The position numbers were made by a program, and so were the translations under genes. Below are positions 1 through 12,483 of a stretch of 64,000 bases of DNA, one piece after another (the stretch's first letter is position 1; each line of letters starts with the position of its first letter). The notes below the pieces were generated by a model. That model made no database searches. It saw only the letters and a list, made by a program, of their open reading frames with translations, and was not told where the DNA came from. Origin of the DNA: Octopus sinensis. Its lineage: Eukaryota. The stretch is from assembly GCF_006345805.1 (NCBI RefSeq), contig NC_043004.1, forward strand, positions 104,222,001 to 104,286,000. Direction: 5' to 3'.

Positions 1-185
1 TGTCCCCATTACTTAGCGGTTCGGCAAAAGAGACCGATAGAATAAGTACTGGGCTTACAAAAGAATAAGTCCCGGGGTAGAGTTGCTCGATTAAAGGCGG
101 TGCTCCAGCATGGCCGCAGTCAAATGACTGAAACAAGTAAAAGAGTATATATATATATATATAACTTTATATATATATATATATA

Positions 186-570
186 TCATGGCACTCTGTC
201 GGTTATGATGATGAGGGTCCCAGTGTTGATCCGATCAACGGAACAGCCTGCTTGTGAAATTGTGCAGCTGGCTGAGCACTCGACAGACACGTGCACCCTT
301 AACATAGTTCTCGGGGGAGATTCAAGCATGACACAGAGTGTAACAAGTCTGGCCCTTTGAAATACGGGTACAACAGAAACAGAAGGAAAGAGTGAGAGTA
401 AGTTGTGTTGAAAGAGTTCAGCAGGGTTCACCACCACCCACTGCCAGAGCCTCGTGGAGCATTTTTAGGTGTTCTCACTCAATAAACACTCACAACACCC
501 AGTCTGGGAATCAAAACTGCGATCTTTCGACTGCGAGTCATCTGCCCTAAGCACTGGGCCATTGTGCCTT
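186..570 (-). mobile_element. SINE family C (tRNA-headed)
   Basis: Homologous to 17211-17400 (head) and 21729-21975 (body and tail). Confidence 0.8.
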
Positions 571-705
571 GAAAGGTTTAGACAAACAAATGAACCCCAG
601 TTCTTGTTTTTAAGTCAAGTACTAATTCTGTTGGATTCTTTTGCTGAACCGCTAAGTTACAGGGATGTAAACAAGCCAACATTATATATTACACACACAC
701 ACACC

Positions 706-744
<39 letters not shown>

Positions 745-754
<10 letters not shown>

Positions 755-1195
755 TATATAATAGGAGAGCATTGTAGTTTGCCTGAAGCATTGTGTATTG
801 TTTGTAAAGAATAAAAAGTTTTGAATGGTACAACAATGCACTATAATACAAACAATGGGCTGTGTATACCTGTTGTAATTTAATCATCCATAGTCGGATA
901 TGATATTTTGGAATAATATTCCTTCTTCAGATATTCTTAGATGGAGTCGCAGGCTTCCCCACCACCCACTGCCAGAGCCTCGCAGAGCATTTTTCGGTGT
1001 TTTCGCTCAATAAGAATATCTGAAGAAGGAATATTATTCCAAAATATCATATCAGACTATGGATGACTAAATTACAACAGGTATACACAGCCCATTGTCT
1101 GTATTATAGTGCATTGTTGTACCATTCAAAACTTTTTATTCTTTACAAACAATACACAATGCTTCAAGCAAACTACAATACTCTCCTATTATATA

Positions 1196-1205
<10 letters not shown>
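745..1205. repeat. ~195-bp inverted repeat in (TA)n, Penelope-like terminus with decayed minimal hammerhead in each arm
   Basis: 745-939 is the near-identical reverse complement of 1011-1205. The ~70-bp spacer contains a SINE fragment. Confidence 0.85.
1016..1052 (+). ncRNA. Degenerate minimal type I hammerhead ribozyme motif (mirror copy 898-934 on minus)
   Basis: ATAT-CTGAAGA-A-GGAAT(ATT)ATTCC-AAAA-TA-TC-ATAT: stem I, CUGANGA, stem II, GAAA mutated to AAAA, minimal stem III, UC. Confidence 0.55.
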
Positions 1206-1227
<22 letters not shown>

Positions 1228-1326
1228 GTAATATATAATGTACTATTCAAAACTTGTTATTCTTTACATTATATAATATATATATATGTATATGCATACA
1301 TATATACACATTTATATATATATATA

Positions 1327-1730
1327 TCACTCATCTGTCTCGTTTTATGACTACGAAGATGACTCATGAGTCCAGCTTTACTGAGGCAGGGTCTTGCACA
1401 GATATTGCATGTCAGAATCAAAGGAAGACCCTTCCCTTCTGGAAGTGTAACAGCGATGCCCTTCCTGACATCCCTCCTTACTTTCTCATGTGCAACTCGA
1501 GATTTCTCAAACGTGGCTGTCCCCTCATGCACAATCCTTCTCCACCTGCTACAATCAATAGCTATGCCTTCCCATATGTCAGGAGAGCTGCAAGCATCTC
1601 TTGAAGCCTTCAGCAAGTCCTTATACCTCTTTTTTAAAACGAGACAGATGAGTGACAACCTGGCCACTGGTGGTGGTGGTGTAACACACCATACTGATCA
1701 TATCTGTCGGGCATGTGGAAGAGAGTGTAA
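1327..1730. mobile_element. RTE-clade LINE C-terminal fragment with internal inversion
   Basis: Minus strand 1327-1635 encodes KKRYKD..WE..A.D.SRWR..V..G...FE..R...CNICARPCLSKAGLMSHLRSH-KTRQMSD. Plus strand 1635-1730 continues KTRQMSDNLATGG..HICRACGREC. A 21-bp stretch is present in inverted orientation at 1327-1347 and 1635-1655. Confidence 0.75.
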
Positions 1731-1798
1731 TATATATATATATATATATTTATGTCTCACCTATGCCAGCATGGAAAACAAACATTAAATGATGATGG

Positions 1799-1834
<36 letters not shown>

Positions 1835-3156
1835 AGAGAGAGAGACATATCTGCATACACAGACACATATATGTATAAGATGCCCACCTTGCAATAATAT
1901 GGTTATGAGTTCAGTCCACTGTGCAGTATATGGGGCAAAAATCATCCAGTATAGCCCTTGGCTGACCAGTTCCATGTAAGTGAATTATGTGATTGTGTGG
2001 AAGCTTGTTGGTTATATCTGTGTGTGTCTGTATGTATACACACACACACACATACATACATATATATATTTGTATGTAGCATATAGATTTTGTATTTGTC
2101 CCTCCCACTGCTTGACAACTAATGTTGGTTTGTTTACACCCCTGTAACTTAGTGGTTCAGCAAAAGAGACCAACAGAATAAGTACCTGACATAAAAACAA
2201 GAACTGAAGTTCATTTATTTGTCTAAACCCTTCAAGGCAGTGCCCCAGCATTAGACTGTGACCATGCTGGGGCAACCGATGGTGGTGTGTTTACGACCCC
2301 GTCACTTAGCGGTTCGGCCAAAGAGACTGATAGAATAAGTACTAAGTCCTGGGGTCGATTTGCTTGACTAAAGGCGGTGCTCCAGCATGGCTGCAGTCAA
2401 ATGACTGAAACAAATAAAAGAGATAAAAGAGATATGGTTTCTTCTTCTGTTGAGAGAGTTGTTGCAAGTGTAGAGTAGTTATTTGAAGTTTCAAATAATT
2501 ATTGCAATTTTCAGCTTCATGCTTATTAAATACCCTGCACTTTTACTTCTCTGAAAATCTACTCCTGACTCAAAATATAGCGTAGAATTCAGAAAATGCA
2601 TTAGCAGAGCTCTGGGAGGTATCCATCTATTTATGTATTCATCATAATTTGTGAATGTGTTGCTTCAAATTTCGTCTTAATTTCAAAGCCCTACATTTAA
2701 AATATATTATACAGGCCCAGGCTTGGCTGTGTTGCAAAAACTTTGCTTCCCAGAAGTATGGCTCCAGGTTCAATCCTACAGTTTGGTACTCTGGGCAAGT
2801 ATCTTCTGCTACAGCTCTGGGCCAACTAATGCCTTGCAAATAAATTTGATAATCATATAAATATGTATACATACACAAATATATACATGTGTGTATACAC
2901 ATCCATACACATATATTATTTATTTAAAGTGCACAATGCATGTATTTAAGCACTACTAATAGTTTCATATGTTGAAAAATACTCAAACATATTCTTCAGG
3001 CACCCTTTAAATAAATAATATTCATCTTTCACCAGATGGAGTACTTTTTGTTTTGAATTTTCTGTCATGGAACAGTACATTATATACATATATATATATG
3101 TACATACATACATACATATATATATACATACATATATGTGTGTGTATGTGTGTATA

Positions 3157-3189
<33 letters not shown>

Positions 3190-3337
3190 ATAGTAAGAGT
3201 CCACAGTGATCCATAGGTAGGAGAGGTACAGCTGGAGGGTAAAATGTCCAAAAGAGAATCTGTAAAGGGTAGAAAGTCCAGTGGAGAAGTTCGTATGTGA
3301 TAAGAGGTGACAGGATCAACTGATGTATGTATGTATA

Positions 3338-3417
3338 CAGGGATGGCCATAAGTCACTTTTCCCATTTCTAATAATAAAAATAAAGAAATGAGTAAAGCA
3401 ACTTATGGCCATCCCTG
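3338..3417. mobile_element. Tc1/mariner-type mini-MITE
   Basis: TA-CAGGGATGGCCATAAGT...ACTTATGGCCATCCCTG-TA. Confidence 0.8.
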
Positions 3418-3574
3418 TATGTGTGTGTGTGTTACTTTCTCCTTGCTATCACGAGATAGTTGTTAATGAATGTCACCGTCAGGCAAGAGGTGACATTTAT
3501 TTAACACTAAGGAACAATTTAATGAATATAGAACTATTAGAATCGGTTCCTAAAGAAACACTAAGTGCATCAAT

Positions 3575-3727
3575 CGGTCGCCAACCATAAGTAATAATGG
3601 AACTTATCGAAAGGAGCCAACACTTTCGTGGTATTGCCATGGGCAGTGGCGTGACTAAGGCGTTGAAACAGCCAAGCACCCTCACGTGTATCACCTGATA
3701 TTTCGGTGAGACGAACCGCTAACAGGC
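3575..3727 (-). mobile_element. CRE-clade LINE C-terminal relic
   Basis: Minus frame LAVRLTEISGDTREGAWLFQRLSHATAHGNTTKVL resembles the CRE motif GD.RE..FL.QR.S.AIQRGNA..VL. Confidence 0.55.
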
Positions 3728-3832
3728 CTAAAAAAAACACAAACTAAGTACTGAGACCGATTCCTTCATCTGCTATTCTTCAAAGTATAGCATGGCGACA
3801 GTCTAATGATTTTTCAACCAAATAAAAATACT

Positions 3833-4330
3833 AGGTGTAGGAGTGGCTATGTGGTAAGTAGCTTGTTTACCGGGTTCAGTCCCACTGCGTGGCACCTTAC
3901 TATGGCCTCGGGCCGACCAAAGCCTTATGAGTGGATTTGGTAGATGGAAACTGAAAGTGGCCCGTCGTATATATTAAGATTAATCAGCCGAAATTGCGAG
4001 GATGATCCGGTTCTTTACTGAAGATTAAAGGCTTTGAATGACCCGTCCGAGTTTTTTGTATCGTCTATCTGGATGTTTTGCGTTCTTGTCCCATTTTCTA
4101 TCTATCTATCTATCTATCTGTCTGTATGTGTGTTTGTCCCTCCAACACCGCTTGACAACCGATGCTGGTGTGTTTACGTCCCCGTAACTTAGCGGTTCGG
4201 CAAAAGAGACCGATAGAATAAGTACTAAGCTTACAAAGAATAAGTGCTGGGGTCGATTTGCTCGACTAAAGGCAGTGTTCCAGCATGGCCGCAGTCAAAT
4301 GACTGAACCAAGTAAAAGAGAGTAAAGAGT
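3833..4330 (+). mobile_element. SINE family A carrying an inserted fragment (3975-4097) homologous to 59740-59900 minus
   Basis: Head and tail of family A separated by a segment ending GTTCTTGTCCCATTT, the reverse complement of which starts the repeat at 59740. Confidence 0.75.
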
Positions 4331-5471
4331 ATACTGAAAAAATCCCAAGATTACAAAAGAAAAAAAAAACAAAAAAACGAGAAGCTGTCGATTTTGTGAA
4401 TTTCTTCAACTCATTCTGACAGACACAAATCTTCAGTCAGACGTTGGCCCTGTTAACATTCAACAAACCACATTTCTAAGCTTTACCTTTTTTTTTATTT
4501 GATTCAGTTATTGTACTGTGATCCGTGCTGAGGCACAGCCTTGATGGGTTTTCGTCGAACAAGTCAATCCCATTAAGTCTGGTACTTATTCTATCGCTCT
4601 CTTTTACCGAACCATTAAATTATGAAGACGTAAACAAACCAGCATCGGTTATCAAGAGGTGGGTGGATGGGTGGAATAAACACAAAGACACAGAAGACGG
4701 GTTTCCACACAGTTTTCGCCTACCAAATCCATTCACAAGGCGTCGGTGGGCCTGAGGCTATATATAGTACCAAATACTTACTTAAAGTGAGGGGGAACCT
4801 TCTGAAAATTAGTCCGTTTATCAGATTTTCCCTTCATCATTGATATCGGTTTTACATTCCACCCTGTAAATTATCACCAATCCAATGCAATAAACATTCG
4901 TCGAATATAATACGCAATTTTCATTCCAAATCTTTATATTTCAACTTATCTACGATCACTAGTTCTTAGCCGTCTCTGTCTCTAGATCTTATTTCAGCGG
5001 GGTTTTTTTCTTTTTTCTACTATAAGTTCCTGATCGTACATACAAGGATCCAACTTAAACGTATTCATTTTGCTTTTCTCTATACGATGGCCCAATAACA
5101 TGAACGTATCTTAATTAAATGTCAGAATAACTACCCCGGCCCCGCTCCATAGCTGGCCACCGACCAAATTCATATTTAGCTGTTTATTGACGAATGTGAA
5201 AATGGAGATCTAAACACAAAGATCGCGCGCGTGCACACGCACACAGACATATATAAAGAAATATGATAAACTAATTGTTGCCGCAGCTAAGGCAATAAAA
5301 TAAAGCGTGCACTAGCGCAGGCGTGGATGTTTGCTTCCCAAGCCAATGGTTCCGGGTTCAGTCCCACTGCATGGTACCAAGTGTCTTTTCCAAAAGCTCT
5401 GGGCTGACCAAGCCTTGTAAGTGGATTTGATGGCCGAATATATATATATACTATGTTTGTATGTTTGTGGG

Positions 5472-5632
5472 TACTACTTAAGAACAGTGGTCCCGGTGCG
5501 CGCACTCGCGCTAGCTAGTCGTAACTAGTTGATCCTACGTCTACCTAGCAAAGTAAATAAAACACAAAGGATCGACTAGTCATGACTAGCTGGTGCGGAT
5601 GCGCGCACCGGGACCACTGTTCTTAAGTAGTA
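5472..5632. mobile_element. Palindromic MITE with TA ends, nested in a SINE
   Basis: Perfect 33-bp inverted termini TACTACTTAAGAACAGTGGTCCCGGTGCGCGCA, extending imperfectly to ~65 bp. Confidence 0.8.
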
Positions 5633-8600
5633 TCATGCTTGTGTTTGACCCGTTTGAAAACCGATGTCAGTTTGTTTACAACCTCGTAACTGAGCGGTTC
5701 GTCAATAAGAAAAAGAGAGAAATGGTACCAGATCTAAAAAGAAAAATTGCCACCGGGAGTGATGTTTGACTGAAATGTTTAAGGCGCAGACCCCAGCATG
5801 GCCGCAGCCCAATGAATGAAACAAATAAAGATATAAGATTATACATATATATATATATATATATAAACCACGGTTGCTCCGGATGCAACATCAGTGAAGT
5901 TTCGAAGGCTTGGTTCCTTCAATATCAGACCTCGTGGCTCAATTGACCCACCCGGAGTTGATCAAGCCCGTTTGCAACACAGGAGCAGCAAGCCGGTGGT
6001 CTGCACTCTTGATGCAAAACCATCTTAGTAGCTTTCCCTCTTTCTTATTATATACATTTAACAAACAGTCACCAAATTACTTAGCATTTCAATAAAACAA
6101 ACATCATATTTAAATTGTTTGGTATTTTTCTTTTGTTTTGTTTCAATATCCACGTTACCCAACTGGTTTTATGAAAACGTTGATCGATCAACATCTATGC
6201 ATGTTCCGAAAAACAAAAAAAAAAAAAATGGGTGGGAAAAGTTGTGTTACTCCAAAATGCCGAAGTGCAATTAAAGACAAATCTGGACGGAATTATTTGA
6301 TGTTGCCGAAGGGATACAGCACAAGCTATATTTTAATCGAAGTGTACAGTTAATTAAATTAGACCAATATAATATTAGTATTTGTACTTATTTTATCAAC
6401 ACCAACGCGATTTGAAATCAAAATAAATTTGTGGGAAACGAAATGTTATGTAGCATGAGACATACTAACATCCATCAAACAGCTTTAATTGCATTGAAAT
6501 GAACTGATTCCAAGTTGTAGAAAGTTAACTTGTAACTACGGTTAATTCTAAAAGTAAAAATGGAGATATGTTCTCTTGCGTTCAAGGAAATTCAAAGTAA
6601 CTTTGATTTAAAAGAAATTTTAAGTAATAGTATTAATTCAGGAATTTTTTTAGATATTAGACTTTGAATTTTAAAACTTTACTTTCTTAAATTAAACTTT
6701 ATTTTATTGTTAACGTCTAGGATCCTATTTTTAATTCGCCACATTCCGTCCCTCTAATTTCGTGTTTCAAATCCTAATTTTGCATCAACCGACATTGGGT
6801 ACCGCCCCATAACATTGCTAAGAAAAGTTACAGAAAAAAGTGTAGATATTTACATATATAGAGCAAGGTCAGAGAAACTTCATTTTAAATTAACGAAGAT
6901 TTTTCCGTAGTTAAGAACTGGTTAGAGTCAAATGATAATTAGATATATTTTTAGAATGTTGGTATAAACACAACATATCGCTGACAGTTGACAAGTATGA
7001 AAGCACATATGCATCGGTATTTGAATGACGAAGCAACCAATGCAGGATTGTACTCTCCAACATTGGCTCAAACGTCTTGTACATAACTTGGGACCAGCAG
7101 GCGCTTCGGCTGTAATGCAAAAGTGGTAACGGCTTGTTAATGTGTTGCACCCTGTTCAAAGAAACAATCTTGTGTGTGTGTGCATCAGCGTTCCTCTGTA
7201 CCATTGACAAATAAAGCAGTATTTTAAGACAATGATTGCTAAAAGGCTGCAACGTACAATAGTTATCCATCTGATAAGATTAAAACATAACATTTCTGAA
7301 GTAAAAGAGAGGATTGCTAAACTTGAAGGAACCGTCAATGAAGAGCAGCTAAGAACACCTGTGAGGATAACTAGGATTGAGTTTGTATCGCCCCATTGGT
7401 TTGCAAATTATATTAGAATCGTTTAAGCGTCAGACAAAACACTTGAGGTAATTTAGTTACGGACTTATTACCAAATACAAATCCGGCAGAGGTCAATTTG
7501 GCATTTAACTAAAGTAACAGTCAAATATTTTTATTATTCCTGAAAGGCATCGTAGATTCAGATGAAGTTATAATAGATGATACAAAACAAAATATACCCT
7601 TTAAAAATCTTGTAAATTTCAGCATCTCAGGGATTTTCTAACATTATGAGTTATTTCAATATGAATATTAGTATATTATATATATATTTTTAATACTTTA
7701 CTCATAAATAATACCTAATTTGATGTTTTAATTCCAAATATTAACTATTTAGAGAAGTTTAGACTGGGTAGTACAAGCTTCCGTAGTCTGAGATTATTAC
7801 TCTTCTGGGTTACCGTAACTCTCACATCACTCTTTTTCCTCCCAAAGAAGTCGAAACGGTTTTTTTTAGATTCAAGAAAGTAAATTAAATAAATTTTCCT
7901 TCCTCGATGATTGGAATATTTTACGGGATAGAAGTTGATTATTAAAGAAGGTAAGTTCAACTTTCTGGATCGATGTTATTTCAATGAATAATAAATTGTA
8001 TGAAAACCAACTTTTGAATTTGGTAGCAACCTGTGCGATCAACTAATTAATTACTCAGAGCTGAGTAGTTAATTAGCTTTACAGACAGCATTTTAAATAA
8101 ATGTTTATTTATGTAGTTCTTTTTTTCATTTCCGTATGAATATGTTCCTCTATAAATACACAATTCCTTGTGATTTAACCTGAATTTATAAAGTGTTTCT
8201 CTTTTATTTGCCATGATCTTGGTTTGTCTTTTGGTTAAGAACTTTGATGTGAAGCAAAGGATGGAAGGAAACGATTTAATCAATATAAAACCGCCAGGAT
8301 CGGTTTCTCCAACGGAAGATTATCAAGATATAAAGTTTCTACACGGATGCCTTTGGTAATGAGAGTCAAAGACAAGGAAAAGAAAATAACCAGAATCCAA
8401 ACACGTACTTGTGTGCCAATATATATAAATATGTGTCTGTGTGTATTGTTATACATCCACACATCTAACTAAGCAGGATTTTTATGGTATCTCATTTAAT
8501 ACGGTTTATAATAAAAATTTCGAAATGTCAGGGAATAATGAAACAAAAAAAACGGGATCCCGAAATGTGTAGAGCCATAGACATAATAAATATATCTACA

Positions 8601-9129
8601 CTCACCGTTGCAGACTGTGTGTGTGTGTAGATACATTTAAATATACAATAATAGCTGCGCCTACACGAACATTCTAATTAAATATTTATTTAAAAACGAG
8701 ATATTGGGGTCTGATTGACTTCCTTGTCCTTTCCTCTCACGATCAAATAAACCTTACGGACTCAACAAGGGGGAACTTGGCACAGAGTCAATAAGTGATA
8801 GCTGAAGGTGATGGTAAATATTGATGTTGGAGAGAGAGAGAAAGAGGAAGGTTCAGAGATGATATGTAAAGCACTGGATGGGAACAACGTGTGTGTGTGT
8901 GTGTATATGCTAGTGTGTAAACGTGTGTGTAGGGAATAGTTTGTTTGATAACATTGTCTGCGTGTATGTCGGAATCAAGTGTGTTTGGATGGAGGCAAGT
9001 GCGCGCGCGCGTGCTTTGCTTGTAACATGTATTCAGGATGAATGGGTTTGTGGTTGTTGTCCAGCTCCTGATCGAGCAGACCTACGTTCAAATGATGACC
9101 AGCCATCGCTTTTCTCATATATATATATA

Positions 9130-9260
9130 CAGGGTGTCCCAAAAAAATGTATACACATAGTGGTTCGGCAAAATAGAACGATAGAATAAGTACTAGGCTT
9201 ACAAAGAATAACAAATTTACAATTATTAAAGGTGTGTATACATTTTTTTGGGACACCCTG
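9130..9260. mobile_element. Tc1/mariner-type MITE containing a SINE fragment
   Basis: 28-bp TIR CAGGGTGTCCCAAAAAAATGTATACACA flanked by TA. 9158-9211 matches the body of the major SINE. Confidence 0.85.
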
Positions 9261-9298
<38 letters not shown>

Positions 9299-10787
9299 TA
9301 CATACATACATACATACACTATGTTGTCTAGATTTTCTCTTCCTTGTTTAGGGAGTTTGATATGAGAAGCAGTGAAGCGAGATAGGAATCACTTTGGATG
9401 GAGTCCTTGCCTGTATGAAAAAAATAAACTAGCTTTCGCCACCCACCCACCCACATTTAATTTGAAAATGGATTTTAAAGTGTTTGGTACCCGACCCTTA
9501 GTTTTGACTTGTGGTGAAGCTATTTTCCCCTTCGTTTTCGTTGCCTATACAATCTCAAGGAAAGCATCGATAATAATGTCTCATGGAATTTTCTTTCATT
9601 CTGGGACCTTGTGCGTTTATATTAAAAAAAAAAAAATCAATATTTTATCAGATCTCTCACCAAGTTGATACAAGTTTCTACAATATCGAATGTTCCACGA
9701 TTGGAAAGACAACAGAATATTTATATTAAATTTTTTTACGATATGAAATGATAAATAAATGATAGATTCAATTAAGTTATATTTAAAATAAAAAATTCTT
9801 TTCTGCTTTTTATGGTACATATCTTTTTCAAAACAAATCACGATAAAATAGGAAAATTAACTAAAAACAAGGTTATATTTGTATCAATATTTATGGAAAA
9901 TTAAAAGCTAAAATCCGTATTTGAAGCGTTTTCTACGACTCTTAACAGTTCAGTTATCAATTTGGATTGAATAAATATTATATTTTCAATTATTAGTACA
10001 AAATACTATGTTTAATAGTTATTTAAAGAAAATACAATTATTTTTCTTTATTATGATTCCTTATATAGACATTGAGTCTTAGAAGTCTAATAAAACTAGG
10101 GGGCACACAACGCCTACAAGGGATTTGTGTTTAGCATTTTATAGGAAATCCCTATTTCATTAGGGAATTTTCAAAATAATTTCTTAAACGCACATCAACT
10201 ACTATAGTAATAAAAATTGCAATTAAACTTTCGATCTGAAACATAACAAATGAGATTCTTCATTTAACTATTCAAATGACGAAAAGAAAATAAGATGATA
10301 ATGATGCCATGCTGGAAATTAAAAAGGAAAAGTGCACACGGAAATGATAAGATATCTGCCCTATCGAAATAATTGATGGATTTCTTATGGCGATGGAAAT
10401 AAAAAGGAAAAAAAAGGATGATTTCAAAATTAAAACGAAGTTGATAAACAGAATAATTTAAGGAATTGAATGAAATGGAAATTGTCTTGAAAGGAAAGGG
10501 AAATGTCGATGATCCCAAAAAATTTTTTTCTCTTCAGAATTACTGGAAATCTAATATGTTGTATCCTAAATATTCTGTTTATACAGAATGTGACCACCAC
10601 GAATCTGGTGGATGAGTAGAAGTGGATGAGATATATTGATGGCTAAAAATAAATAGTTGCGATTTCTTTCCTAATAAATAATAAACACCAAGTTAATTCT
10701 AGGATATATATGTAAATGAATGGAAACGATAGATCTAGTGTGAATATTTCATATCACAGAACTGTAAATGTTATTTCATACGCACAT

Positions 10788-10818
<31 letters not shown>

Positions 10819-11559
10819 GTATATATATAATGCATTCTGCAAATGAAAAAGAAACGTTTATGGTATATTATTCGTATAGCAAGTACACATGTATCTCTGA
10901 AAGCACATTTCATATTATTTGTTCTTCGGGTGAGAGTAATATATTCTTCAAAGAAACACTTCAAGGCATGGGTCTACTTTAACTAATACTGTATCGATAT
11001 GAAACATTTTCTTTTTTTTTTAATTTGAAAATAATAATTTTTGGTCCTGGTAGTCCTAGTTTTCATTTAAAAGGGATCAATCCCAAAACAGACAAAGCTA
11101 CAGATTAGATAGGTAGGTATACATATTCTATGTATGTGTGTGCGCGCAGATGCATGTGGGGGAAATATACACACACAGACACAGGAACACACAGACACAG
11201 GAAGATACACAAACAGAAATAAAGGGAAAGAGAATTATGTGGACCCTACTGGGATTGGATTCAGTAGGCATAGATGGGAATTTAAGGAAACAAATTAATG
11301 CTTGATCGATGTAAGATCGCTAAGGTGTTAAGGATGTGATGGTTAGTTTCGTTTCATACATTTTGTTGTGGGTTAATAACGATAATTAATAAAATGAAGG
11401 AAAATACATTTTAAAGGGTTTCGTTGAGGATTTGTAGGAAAACACGCTTAACGATCTTAGATTGCAGTTACCTCCCTTCCATAAGCCTATCATCAACAGC
11501 CACAAAAGAAGAGAAAACAGCAAATTTACTGCTGCTATACAAGAAAACGAATAAATATA

Positions 11560-11728
11560 CACGTACACAACACAAGAATACGATTTAAATGAAAAATTTA
11601 ATGTCTGTACAAGTAATAAATATATAATTTTTCCAATAGAAAAATTAGATGGATTAAAACCTCCAATTATGTACAGTAGTCTTGCATCATAATAGTTGCA
11701 GCACCTGTCATTTGAGTTAATATGTACA
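11560..11728 (-). promoter_or_regulatory. jun 3' UTR end: two Pumilio elements, UGUA, ATTAAA poly(A) signal and GU-rich downstream element
   Basis: Minus strand TGTACATA at 11721-11728 and 11668-11675, TGTACA 11606-11611, ATTAAA 11597-11602, followed by TTCTTGTGTTGTGT. Confidence 0.55.
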
Positions 11729-12483
11729 GAGTTTATCAAAATTTACAAAATTTGTCGTTAGACAGAGCAAGTTCATGAATGCGATTCGTATACAAAACGT
11801 TTTGGGCTTTTTTAGAACTGTTTCAACATTATTAGCTGATCAACAGCTATGAATGTTGAGGAACAGTGTTACACAGTCAAGATCAGGAGTGTATAAGTTT
11901 TCAACCTGCAAAATATCACATCAGAAGATCTGTTTTGTTTCATTACGTTTTGTACCATCAATTCATAAGAGCACTTACTGGATGTAAGGAACACTCTGCT
12001 CCATGGTTCTTCTGCAAACCTCACCATTCTCGAATCAGGATACAAAATAAAAAGCTGGTGGTTAATAATTTGCTTCAGTTAAAAAGTCCTAAACTTAAAT
12101 GCAAAATGTAAATTTTGTTTCTTTTGTTGACTTTCTTTGTGGATGTTTTTTTTTTCTTTTTTGCAGTAATTTTTAGAAATAAGGGAAGATCTTGAGACAA
12201 ATTTAAAGTTAAGGCAAAAATACCTACTTCCCCCTTCAGTTTTCCCATCAACACTCAGTATCAACAAATACATTTAGGGATCGTTTTATCCAAGTTTGAG
12301 TCTAATACTTTTTTTTTCTCCAAATATTTTGCATAAAAAGGAAAGGAAGGTTAAAACGAATCCTGATGTTTGTGTTTAGGATACTTCTTAGAAAAAAGCG
12401 CATTTTATAACTAGTTTCCCAATCAGGAGGTAAGCATTGATTTTTTTTTCCATTTTTTTTCTCTTCAGTAAAGTTTCTTACAT

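Noticed and set aside
657-1350. Two near-identical ORFs (KLQQVYTAHCLYY..) on opposite strands
   Set aside because: A consequence of the inverted repeat, with no protein homology evident.
6911-7270. ORF with VMYKTFEPML resembling the first LINE RT motif
   Set aside because: One weak motif only. It may be a LINE relic but cannot be supported by eye.
12210-12216. TGCCTTA (miR-124 7mer-A1 match) in the jun 3' UTR
   Set aside because: A single 7-mer in ~900 nt is expected by chance without conservation data.
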